Assembly: GCF_001945605.1 (NCBI RefSeq)
Contig: NZ_MPKA01000042.1
Location: 1-32,000, forward strand
Length of the DNA stretch: 32,000 bases
Reading direction: 5' to 3'
Source of the DNA: Dubosiella newyorkensis
Lineage (GTDB): Bacteria; Bacillota_I; Bacilli_A; Erysipelotrichales; Erysipelotrichaceae
Shown: positions 8,004 through 15,954 of the stretch, piece after piece
Layout of the letters: every line of letters begins with the position of its first letter
Position numbering within the stretch: position 1 is the first letter of the stretch
Notes under the pieces: model-generated
Told to the model about the DNA's origin: nothing
Database searches by the model: none
Seen by the model: only the letters and a program-made list of their open reading frames with translations
Position numbers and translations under genes: made by a program

Positions 8004-8546
8004 TCAAAACTTAACAGGTAGGATCTCTTCCTTGATTTGCATTAAGATCGGCGAAAGATACTTTGGATCTGAAAGGTCTATCGAACACGAAAGCATCTCT
8101 TCGATCTGAAGTTCTTCTTTCGTTTTGTTCTCTTTTTTTGACAACATCTTTTTGAACCGTGTCAGAAGCCATTTATAAAAGGCAGGCTGCCGATCGATGT
8201 CGAATCCTCCTGGTAAATAGAAAAAAGAAACAGAGCTTGGCAAATCTTCTTCAAAGTTTTGATGGATCAAAGATTTGAAATCGATCTGATCCATGGGTGT
8301 TCTTCCTACGCAAAAAATGATCCAGTTTTTCTCTTGATACTGCTTGAGAAGCGATTTGAGTTGTTTGCCTTTTTTTATCTTTCCAGCCATGAGCCAGCTT
8401 CCAAATACGATCGTATCGTATTCATCGAGATCGACCCGTTTTGTTTTGGAAAGATCTATCCATGGACAGGAAAGATCGTTGGCAAGCCAATCCGCGTATT
8501 GTTTTGTGAATCCGGTATTCGAGGTGAAAAGCACGATCGTTTTCAT
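8004..8546 (-). CDS. Flavodoxin-like domain protein
   Basis: MKTIVLFTSNTGFTKQYADWLA is a flavodoxin-type FMN-loop start; 180 aa. It forms an ATGA overlap with the upstream MarR gene. Confidence 0.6.
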   Translation of the reverse strand: MKTIVLFTSNTGFTKQYADWLANDLSCPWIDLSKTKRVDLDEYDTIVFGSWLMAGKIKKGKQLKSLLKQYQEKNWIIFCVGRTPMDQIDFKSLIHQNFEEDLPSSVSFFYLPGGFDIDRQPAFYKWLLTRFKKMLSKKENKTKEELQIEEMLSCSIDLSDPKYLSPILMQIKEEILPVKF

Positions 8547-9025
8547 TGTTTTGTCTCCTTTTCTAAGTGTTCGATCCCAATATACAATTTGGAAAGAAGT
8601 GTAAAGAGCGCTTCTATTTCTTGAGGCGTATAGACTTCGAATAAGGATTTGAGATCTTCTTGATATTGAAAAAAGGAAGTTTTAAAAAAGATCTCCACTT
8701 TTGAAGTTGGGAAGACTTGAAGGGCTCTAGGATCTTTTTGATGCGATCCTAGCGTAACGAAGCCTTTTTGTTCTAAGCTTTTGGCGAGTTTTTTTACATT
8801 TTGTCTCGAGCAGCCTAGCATCAAGCCATATTGACTCAGGCTCATTGGTTCGTTTGCTTGACGAACAAGCGACAACAACATGAACTGTTTTAAGGTAAGA
8901 TCGGGAATATGCTGATCAAAAATAGCTTGAAGCTTATTTCCAAGAATGAAAATCGAACTAAAGATCGCTTTTTCTTGGTTTTCTGTCGTGTCGGAAAATC
9001 GATGGATCAAAGTTTCTAATTCCAT
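8543..9025 (-). CDS. MarR-family transcriptional regulator
   Basis: Winged HTH: LTLKQFMLLSLV...SLSQYGLMLGCSRQNVKKLAKSLEQKGFV...DPRA. AGGAGG lies 3-4 nt... before the ATG region (9029-9034). Confidence 0.85.
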   Translation of the reverse strand: MELETLIHRFSDTTENQEKAIFSSIFILGNKLQAIFDQHIPDLTLKQFMLLSLVRQANEPMSLSQYGLMLGCSRQNVKKLAKSLEQKGFVTLGSHQKDPRALQVFPTSKVEIFFKTSFFQYQEDLKSLFEVYTPQEIEALFTLLSKLYIGIEHLEKETKQ

Positions 9026-9034
9026 ATTTCCTCC

Positions 9035-9056
9035 TATAGGTAACTAGTTACCTATA
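9035..9056. promoter_or_regulatory. Perfect 22-bp palindrome, probably the MarR operator
   Basis: TATAGGTAACTAGTTACCTATA is its own reverse complement. It lies between the -10 and the SD of the MarR-flavodoxin operon. Confidence 0.6.
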
Positions 9057-9083
9057 TACTAGCATGACGATCAATAAAGTCAA
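9056..9083 (-). promoter_or_regulatory. Sigma-A-type promoter of the MarR-flavodoxin operon
   Basis: On the minus strand: TTGACT (9083-9078), a 16-nt spacer, then TAGTAT (9061-9056), which abuts the palindrome. Confidence 0.5.
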
Positions 9084-9146
9084 TGGAAAAGGATTCACGC
9101 AAAGGAAAGATGTTTGATATAATCAAAGCTAAGGGGAAAATGAACA

Positions 9147-10478
9147 ATGCGAAAAGTTAAACGAAAGAAACGTGGGCCAAGACGTCCACTCACATTTAAA
9201 AGACTTGTAATGATCACAGCGATCTTGGCGATCAGCGCTATATTGCTGTTTTTATATTTGAATCGACCCAACGAGATCGACAAACTGAATACCGACTATA
9301 TTTCGACGATGAATCGCAATATCGTGAAAGAAAAGGTGAAAACGAGCTATCCAAATACGTTCAAAGCAGCTGATTACACGGTTTATGGAGAAACGCTCGC
9401 CTTATATGGCGACGAATATGGAAGTGTTGAGCTCGATCCGTTTTTAGGGAAAGCGGTCCAGCTGCAAAATGTCGAAACAGGAGAGCAATATAGTTTTACT
9501 TTTTCAGGAAAAGGCGATGCGGCTATCCAGCTTGGCGAGCTTTCCGAAGGAATTTATGACATCTATATTTATGATCAATATACAAAAAAAAGGATCTATT
9601 TTGATGCGCCGATCCATAGCGATGAGATCGTCACGATGCGCCGGAATGGCGAAGTCAAGACAGTCACGTTGGAAGCGGAGAAGGATCTATTCAAAAATTT
9701 CAATATCACGCTCGATAAAGATTATGCCTATCTTGTCGTCAAAGATACGATCCCACAAAAAGAGATCATCGATGTCTTGATCGATCCGAGTGGCAATGTT
9801 CTAAATGAAATTACCGGAGAGATTTATGAAGGCGCATTGAGCGATACGATCAACGAAAAAGAAACATCGTATACCCTTGCCCTCCAGATGAAAGAGGCCC
9901 TTGAAAAATATGGTTTGAAGGTCGAGCTGACGCGTGATGAAAATGGAGCTTTAAGCTACTATGGAAAAGAAGGAAGAGTGGGAAAAGGTTATGAAAAAAA
10001 AGCGAAGCTTTTTATTGATCTGAGCATGTGTGATGAAGAATCGATCAATCGGCCTTTCCTTAAAGTCTCGCCTTGGACGAACGCTTCCTTTGCCAATCAA
10101 ATTGTTTACTTTATGGAAAAAGATGGGGTCGAGTTCGATTATCCATATTCTTCGAGCGATTTGTTGAATAGTGGCGTGATCTTTGATTCTCTCTTGACCA
10201 ATGATCAATACGAGCTGACAAATTATTCGATCGATCCGGCCTTAAGAGAAAGTGGCGGAAAAGCGACCTATGCAGGACAGCTCAACGAATTGGGAAATCA
10301 GAGATACGCCAACGCCTATGGAATGAACGCCGTCGTTCTTGTTTATGCCAATATACAAAATCAAGATTCGATCAACTATTTTAAACAAAACAAAGACTTG
10401 ATCGTCCGCTCATTCGTCCAGGGGATCGCGTCTTATTACGATTTAAAGGAGGAACAGGATGAAACTGCAACTCAATAA
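9147..10478 (+). CDS. Membrane-anchored protein with a degenerate Amidase_3 (MurNAc-L-Ala amidase, CwlD-like) domain, probably catalytically inactive
   Basis: N-terminal basic stretch plus TM helix (LVMITAILAISAILLFLYL). The C-terminal half aligns by eye to Amidase_3: VLIDPSGNV (vs IDxGHGG), EKETSYTLALQMKEALEKYGLKVELTRDEN, AKLFIDLSMCD (vs LfiSIHxN), NAVVLVYANIQNQDS...VQGIASYY. Both Zn-ligand His positions are replaced. Confidence 0.6.
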   Translation: MRKVKRKKRGPRRPLTFKRLVMITAILAISAILLFLYLNRPNEIDKLNTDYISTMNRNIVKEKVKTSYPNTFKAADYTVYGETLALYGDEYGSVELDPFLGKAVQLQNVETGEQYSFTFSGKGDAAIQLGELSEGIYDIYIYDQYTKKRIYFDAPIHSDEIVTMRRNGEVKTVTLEAEKDLFKNFNITLDKDYAYLVVKDTIPQKEIIDVLIDPSGNVLNEITGEIYEGALSDTINEKETSYTLALQMKEALEKYGLKVELTRDENGALSYYGKEGRVGKGYEKKAKLFIDLSMCDEESINRPFLKVSPWTNASFANQIVYFMEKDGVEFDYPYSSSDLLNSGVIFDSLLTNDQYELTNYSIDPALRESGGKATYAGQLNELGNQRYANAYGMNAVVLVYANIQNQDSINYFKQNKDLIVRSFVQGIASYYDLKEEQDETATQ

Positions 10479-12345
10479 TGTCCACAAGTCCTATGGGGCT
10501 CAAGATGTATTGGATGGAGCCGATCTGCAAGTCAGAGGGAACGAAAAGATCGCTCTGATCGGGCGCAACGGATCGGGCAAAAGCACGTTGATGAAGATCA
10601 TCACGAAAGAAGAAGAAATGGATTCTGGCTCTCTTGTCATGGAATCAGGACTTCAGGTCGGATATCTTTCTCAAATCACTTTTGAAGATGAAGAAAAAAG
10701 CGTCCAAGAAGAGCTGATGAGCGTTTTCGATGATCTCATTCAGCTTCAAGCCCGATTAGAAAACCAGGCACTCGTATTGGAAAAGGATCATTCCGAAAAG
10801 CAGTTGGATCTGTATGATCGACTCCAAAACCGCTTTGAAACTTTGGGCGGATATGATTATGAATACGAATTAAAAAATGTCTTTTTTCATTTTCAGTTTG
10901 AAGAGGCGGATCTGCACAAAAAATTGAAGGAGTTCTCGTCGGGTCAGCGAACGAGGATCGCTCTTGTCAAGCTGCTTTTGAGCAAGCCGGATATTTTATT
11001 GTTGGATGAACCGACAAACCATTTAGATATTGACTCGATCGAATGGCTCGAAAACTATATTAAACATTATCCAAACGCAGTCATACTCGTATCGCACGAT
11101 CGAATGTTTATCGATCATGTCGTTGATGAGATCGTCGAACTAGAATTTGGAAAAACGACTCGATATGTGGGGGATTATTCTCATTATATTCAAACGAAAG
11201 AAGAAAACTTAGCGAAAAATCATGCTGCCTATGTTCGCCAGCAAGAAGAGATCAAGCATATTGAATCGCTGATCGAGAAATTCAGATACAAAAAAAACAA
11301 GGCCGCTTTCGCTCAATCGAAAATCAAATATCTCGACCGAATGGAAAAGATCGAGGATGTCAAAAAAGACCAGTCGATGATCAAAGCGAATTTTTCGAGC
11401 GCTAGAAAGGGCGGAAATCGAGTGTTGGAGGTGGAACAGCTTCAAATAGGCTATGATTCGATCCTTTCTACTGTGGATTTGAATGTGATGCGTCACGATC
11501 ATGTTGGTATCGTAGGGCCCAATGGAATTGGAAAATCGACCTTGATCAAAACGTTGATGGAGCGTCTTCCGGCAAAAGGGGGGCATTTTCATTTTGGTCA
11601 TCAAATCGATCTTGGCTATTTTGATCAAGATTTTGCGCAACTCAACTCCAATCAAAGTGTGATCGACACGCTATGGGACGAGTATCCTGAACTCGATCAA
11701 ACGGAGCTGCGAAACACGCTGGCGGCCTTTTTGTTTACGCAAGACGAAGTGTTCAAGGAAGTGAAAAGCTTGTCGGGAGGAGAAAAAGTCCGTCTTGCTT
11801 TAGCGCTTTTGATGCTTTCTCACGACAATGTCCTGCTTTTAGATGAACCGACAAATCATTTAGATATTCCTGCCAAAGAAGCGCTGGAAAAAGCGTTGAA
11901 AGATTATGATGGAACGATCTTGTTTGTTTCGCATGATCGAATGTTCTTGAAAAAGATGGCGACGCGGATCATGGAGATGGGAAAAGAAAGCCATGTCTAT
12001 GAAATGGGCTACGAAGAATATATAGAAAAGAAAAAAGAAGGAACGCTTCCTAAACAGAATCAACAAAAAAAGGAAAGTCCGGAAATTAAAAACGAACCAA
12101 AGGAAAGAGCGCTCACATTCGCGCAAGAAAAAAACTATCGCAATCGCATCGCAAAATTAGAATCGCTTTTAGAAGAGGCAGAAAAAGATCTCGAGTCCTT
12201 ACGGGAGCTTCGCTACGAACCAGAATATTATCAAGATTATCGAAAGATGGAAGAGCTGGATTCGCAGATCGATGAAAAACACAATGAAATCGCAAACTAT
12301 ACGAAAGAGTGGGAAGAAAAGATGTTGGCACTAGAGGATAAATAA
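10459..12345 (+). CDS. ABC-F family ATPase (tandem NBDs, no TM domain; translation-factor type)
   Basis: Two Walker A motifs (GRNGSGKST, GPNGIGKST), two signatures (FSSGQRTR, LSGGEKVR), two LLLDEPTNHLD Walker B motifs and a C-terminal coiled-coil tail. AAGGAGG lies 6 nt before the ATG. It overlaps the preceding gene by 20 nt. Confidence 0.9.
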   Translation: MKLQLNNVHKSYGAQDVLDGADLQVRGNEKIALIGRNGSGKSTLMKIITKEEEMDSGSLVMESGLQVGYLSQITFEDEEKSVQEELMSVFDDLIQLQARLENQALVLEKDHSEKQLDLYDRLQNRFETLGGYDYEYELKNVFFHFQFEEADLHKKLKEFSSGQRTRIALVKLLLSKPDILLLDEPTNHLDIDSIEWLENYIKHYPNAVILVSHDRMFIDHVVDEIVELEFGKTTRYVGDYSHYIQTKEENLAKNHAAYVRQQEEIKHIESLIEKFRYKKNKAAFAQSKIKYLDRMEKIEDVKKDQSMIKANFSSARKGGNRVLEVEQLQIGYDSILSTVDLNVMRHDHVGIVGPNGIGKSTLIKTLMERLPAKGGHFHFGHQIDLGYFDQDFAQLNSNQSVIDTLWDEYPELDQTELRNTLAAFLFTQDEVFKEVKSLSGGEKVRLALALLMLSHDNVLLLDEPTNHLDIPAKEALEKALKDYDGTILFVSHDRMFLKKMATRIMEMGKESHVYEMGYEEYIEKKKEGTLPKQNQQKKESPEIKNEPKERALTFAQEKNYRNRIAKLESLLEEAEKDLESLRELRYEPEYYQDYRKMEELDSQIDEKHNEIANYTKEWEEKMLALEDK

Positions 12346-12347
12346 CT

Positions 12348-12965
12348 ATGAAATATGATTGGAAAAAAGAAGAGAAAATGTTTTATGGAGCGAAAATGAA
12401 ACCAGAAGTGGTGGACGTTCCTTGTTTTAATTATATTTTGTTATCAGGTCATGGAGATCCCAACGAACCTCTCTTTTCGCAAAAAGTATCGACTTTGTTT
12501 TCTCTTGCCTATGCGATCAAAATGAACTATAAAAAGCAAACTCGTGATGATGAAATAGTTTCTGACTATGCTGTCTATCCGTTAGAAGGTCTTTGGAGTC
12601 TTTCTTCCAAACAGGAGCGGATAAACAAAGATGAACTGGAGTATACGATCATGATTCGGCAACCAGATTTCATTACAGAAGAAATGGTGGATCAAGCGAT
12701 CGAAAAAATCAAAAAGAAAAAGGACGATCCTTTTATTGACGATGTCGTCTTTGAGGCTATTTGCGATGGAGAATGTGTTCAGATCCTTCATAAAGGTTCT
12801 TTTGACGATGAGCCAGCTTCTTTTGAAAAGCTAGATCAGTATTGCCAGGACCATGGATATAAAAGAATCAAAAACCAGCATCGGGAGATCTATTTAAACG
12901 ATAAGAATCGCACGAAAATAGATAATTTGAAGACGATCTTGCGGTATCCGATCATCAAGTCATGA
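12348..12965 (+). CDS. GyrI-like small-molecule-binding domain protein
   Basis: The 205-aa pattern MKYDWKKEEKMFY...VVDVP...YILLSGHGDPN...ILHKGSFDDEPASFEKL...HREIYLND matches my recollection of GyrI-like/DUF-type proteins. It starts 2 nt after the ABC-F stop. Confidence 0.55.
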   Translation: MKYDWKKEEKMFYGAKMKPEVVDVPCFNYILLSGHGDPNEPLFSQKVSTLFSLAYAIKMNYKKQTRDDEIVSDYAVYPLEGLWSLSSKQERINKDELEYTIMIRQPDFITEEMVDQAIEKIKKKKDDPFIDDVVFEAICDGECVQILHKGSFDDEPASFEKLDQYCQDHGYKRIKNQHREIYLNDKNRTKIDNLKTILRYPIIKS

Positions 12966-12969
12966 AATT

Positions 12970-12993
12970 GAGCGGGAAACCGCTCTTTTTTTT
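12970..12993 (+). terminator. Rho-independent terminator of the amidase-like / ABC-F / GyrI-like unit
   Basis: GAGCGG (12970-12975), loop GAAA, CCGCTC (12980-12985), then T8. Confidence 0.75.
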
Positions 12994-13021
12994 GAAAAAA
13001 AGAAGACCTTGCGATCTTCTG

Positions 13022-13642
13022 TTAGGAATAATAGCCAAATTCCTCGAATGGATAGAGGACCAAAAAGTCTTTGGCTAAGATTTGCGATTTTTTATAAGGG
13101 CCAGAATCTCTTGAATCCAAAGAGATCGGACGATTGTCGCCCATCAAAAAGTATTCATCCTCTTTTAAGGTGACAGGATCGAAATTATAATTGAAATACC
13201 CGTTTTTCGCGAGCCAGTCTTTAGCGTAGTCATTATCGAGATAAGCGCTCTCATCCAACGCTTCGCCATTGATATACACTTGCTCGTCTTTGCATTCGAT
13301 CGTCTCTCCCGGAAGAGCGATCACACGTTTAATCACTGTGGCCGGCTCTCCTTTTTCGGTCGTCGTTTTCGCCAAAACGATGTCGCCTCGAGAAATTCCA
13401 TCCATCGCGACGCCGATCACATTGGATAAACCACGCTCTCCATTTTGAAAGTTTGGGTACATGCTTCTTCCTTGGATCAACGCGGGCTTGAATACGAAAG
13501 AGGTAAATAAAACGATGATGATCGAAACGATCAAAAATGTCGAAACGAAAGATAAGATATCTTCTAAGATCGTACGCTCATCGTTTTCGTTATACCGATA
13601 TTTCGTTTTTCTTCGAATTGTATTTTTCTTTTTTGAACTCAT
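13022..13642 (-). CDS. lepB: Signal peptidase I
   Basis: TM anchor, catalytic Ser box GRSMYPNF, Lys box VIKRVIALPGE and box E YFLMGDNRPISLDSR. Confidence 0.9.
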   Translation of the reverse strand: MSSKKKNTIRRKTKYRYNENDERTILEDILSFVSTFLIVSIIIVLFTSFVFKPALIQGRSMYPNFQNGERGLSNVIGVAMDGISRGDIVLAKTTTEKGEPATVIKRVIALPGETIECKDEQVYINGEALDESAYLDNDYAKDWLAKNGYFNYNFDPVTLKEDEYFLMGDNRPISLDSRDSGPYKKSQILAKDFLVLYPFEEFGYYS

Positions 13643-13701
13643 ATCATATCTCCAGCCTTTATTCTATCAGTCCTGTCAAATGATGAAAACAAAGACGCCC
13701 C

Positions 13702-14415
13702 TTAGCGGTTCAAGGAGAATGCGGTAAATTTGAATTTATCATAGCGATGCCGGCAGAAAGAATATTCGAATGGCATCCCATTATCGAGATAGGCGATCTG
13801 CTCCACCACAAGAACAGGCTCAATATCCGAAAGGCCGAGCACTTCATGATCGAGATCGTTGGAGACGTCGGCACGATTGGTTTGTTGGGCGCTAGCGATC
13901 TTTAAATTCAAATCGTGTTCAATATAATGATAAATCGAATGGTTCAACACATCCTCGTTGATTCCAGGAATCAAATTGACGGGCATAAATGTATGCTCGA
14001 TCACAGTAGGCTCGCCATCATATAAGCGAAGACGTAAGATATCGTACACTGGATCGTTTTCCTTCAAATGGAGCGCTTGGGCCACATCGCTGGAAGCAAA
14101 GCTCAATTTAAATTCTAAGATCCTCGATTTAGCCAAGTGGCTTCTTGCTCGATCAAAACCACCTACCGGAATCTCTTCGATTTGGTAAGGGTCGTTGACC
14201 ATTTGTTTATTCAGGACAAAACTTCCTTGTCCTTGTTTTCGAAAGATCTCACCTTCTTGAACGAGAAGATCTAAAGCTTTCTTGACTGTCATTCTTGAAC
14301 AATCATAGATCTGACATAAAGAAAGCTCATCTGGAAGCTTGGCTCCAGGCCCATATTCACCATCATTGATCGCTTCTTTCAATTCTTCGTAGATCTTTTT
14401 ATACTTTGCACTCAT
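13702..14415 (-). CDS. GntR-family (HutC subfamily, UTRA effector domain) transcriptional regulator
   Basis: N-terminal wHTH KLPDELSLCQIYDCSRMTVKKALDLLVQEGEIFRKQGQGSFV plus a C-terminal UTRA-like domain of about 150 aa. Confidence 0.85.
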   Translation of the reverse strand: MSAKYKKIYEELKEAINDGEYGPGAKLPDELSLCQIYDCSRMTVKKALDLLVQEGEIFRKQGQGSFVLNKQMVNDPYQIEEIPVGGFDRARSHLAKSRILEFKLSFASSDVAQALHLKENDPVYDILRLRLYDGEPTVIEHTFMPVNLIPGINEDVLNHSIYHYIEHDLNLKIASAQQTNRADVSNDLDHEVLGLSDIEPVLVVEQIAYLDNGMPFEYSFCRHRYDKFKFTAFSLNR

Positions 14416-14436
14416 ACAATCACCCCATAGATTTCT

Positions 14437-14482
14437 ATTTGTCTATATTATCTCAGAATTTCTAAAAAATGTATAGACAAAT
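14437..14482. promoter_or_regulatory. Inverted repeat with HutC-type half sites in the divergent gntR / GH1 intergenic region
   Basis: ATTTGTCTATA (14437-14447) and TATAGACAAAT (14472-14482) are exact reverse complements. The right arm contains GTATAGAC, matching the GT-N-TA-N-AC pattern reported for HutC-subfamily operators. Confidence 0.5.
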
Positions 14483-14502
14483 TTTTTTTAAAAATATACA
14501 AT
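14474..14502 (+). promoter_or_regulatory. Promoter of the GH1-esterase operon
   Basis: TAGACA (14474-14479), a 17-nt spacer, then TACAAT (14497-14502). The -35 lies inside the right operator arm. Confidence 0.45.
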
Positions 14503-14525
14503 ATAGCCGAAAGAGGATAAATGAA

Positions 14526-15938
14526 ATGAAAGAAAAAATACAATTTCCAAAAGATTTTTGGTGGGGCGCAGCCACTTCTGGCCCACAAAGCGAAGGCTGG
14601 TACGGAAAACGCCATGAAAACGTAATGGATTATTGGTACCGTGTACAAAGAAACGACTTCTTCAACGGAGTTGGACCAGATGTCGCAAGCGACTTCTACC
14701 ATAAATATAAAGATGATTTCGCGATGTGCAGACAAATTGGAATGAATTCATTTAGAACGAGCATCCAATGGACTCGTCTGATCAAAGATCTAGAAACAGG
14801 TGAACCAGATCCAGAAGGTGTTCAATTTTATAAAGATGTGATCGCGGAAGCGAAGAAAAATGGAATCATTCTCGTGATGAATCTGCATCATTTCGATATG
14901 CCGATCGAACTTCTTCAAAAATATGGTGGATGGGAAAGCAAGCATGTCGTTGAATTGTTCGCGAAATTTGCGAAAACTGCGTTTGAAGCGTTTGGAAACG
15001 ATATCGAATATTGGACGACATTTAACGAACCAATGGTAATTCCAGAAGCGGGTTACTTGTATGGCTTCCATTATCCAAAACTCGTCGGCAAAGGAAAAGA
15101 AGCAGTCCAAATCATTTTTAATATCAACTTGGCTTCGGCGATGGCGATCCAAGAATACCGTAAAATGCATTTGAATGGCGAAATCGGGATCATTTTGAAC
15201 TTAACGCCTGCCTATCCAAGAAGCGACTCAAAAGAAGATTTAGATGCGGCAGCTTTCGCCGATGATTTCTTCAACCGCTCGTTCTTGGATCCAGCCGTAT
15301 TCGGAACCTTCCCAAAAACGCTCATCGAGATCTTGAAAAAAGACAATGTGCTTTGGGAAAGCGATGAAAAAGAATTGGAAATCATCAAAAACAACACCGT
15401 GGATTTCATTGGTGTCAATTATTATCATCCAAAACGGGTCAAAGCCCCAGAAGCCGATCATTTCGAAAACTGGATGCCTGACCGCTACTTTAGTGACTAC
15501 GATATGCCAGGCAAACGCATGAATCCATACCGCGGATGGGAGATCTTCCCTAAAGCGATCTACGACATCGCAAAAAATGTCCAAGACAATTATGGAAACA
15601 TTAAATGGTTCATTTCTGAAAATGGAATGGGTGTCGAAGGCGAAGAAAAATATCGGAAAGAAAATGGCGAGATCGAAGACGATTATCGAATCGAATTCTA
15701 TGAAGAGCATCTCGCGTGGCTCAATAAAGCGATCCAAGAAGGAAGCAACTGCTTTGGATACCACGCTTGGACACCATTCGATTGCTGGAGCTGGAACAAC
15801 GCCTACAAGAACCGTTATGGATTTATCGCTATCGATCTGAACGATCAAAAACGGACGATCAAAAAATCCGGATACTGGCTCAAAGACGTTGCCGACAACA
15901 ACGGCTACGAATACGACACAGACAGTATCAAAGAATAA
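14526..15938 (+). CDS. GH1 6-phospho-beta-glucosidase
   Basis: FPKDFWWGAATSGPQSEG, TFNEP (acid/base) and ISENGMG (nucleophile). The C-terminal WSWNNAYKNRYG is the phospho-sugar type (S-W rather than E-W). The start is set at the ATG at 14526, 8 nt after AGAGGA. The track start at 14469 has no SD. Confidence 0.9.
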   Translation: MKEKIQFPKDFWWGAATSGPQSEGWYGKRHENVMDYWYRVQRNDFFNGVGPDVASDFYHKYKDDFAMCRQIGMNSFRTSIQWTRLIKDLETGEPDPEGVQFYKDVIAEAKKNGIILVMNLHHFDMPIELLQKYGGWESKHVVELFAKFAKTAFEAFGNDIEYWTTFNEPMVIPEAGYLYGFHYPKLVGKGKEAVQIIFNINLASAMAIQEYRKMHLNGEIGIILNLTPAYPRSDSKEDLDAAAFADDFFNRSFLDPAVFGTFPKTLIEILKKDNVLWESDEKELEIIKNNTVDFIGVNYYHPKRVKAPEADHFENWMPDRYFSDYDMPGKRMNPYRGWEIFPKAIYDIAKNVQDNYGNIKWFISENGMGVEGEEKYRKENGEIEDDYRIEFYEEHLAWLNKAIQEGSNCFGYHAWTPFDCWSWNNAYKNRYGFIAIDLNDQKRTIKKSGYWLKDVADNNGYEYDTDSIKE

Positions 15939-15954
15939 GAAAAGAGGAAAGATC

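Noticed and set aside
10459-12345. The ABC-F protein as an antibiotic-resistance (ARE) ribosomal-protection factor
   Set aside because: By eye the inter-NBD linker is of ordinary length, roughly 60-70 residues between the end of NBD1 and the start of NBD2. It is not the extended linker of the Vga/Msr/Lsa/OptrA types. The long C-terminal coiled coil resembles housekeeping Uup/YdiF-like ABC-Fs. Phylogeny would be needed to be certain.
14469-14525. Longer track starts for the GH1 gene (14469), the esterase (15889), csp (468) and the second MarR (TTG at 28476)
   Set aside because: In each case a downstream ATG is preceded by a proper SD at 6-9 nt and coincides with the conserved N-terminus of the family. 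The extensions run through promoter or operator sequence or through the preceding gene.
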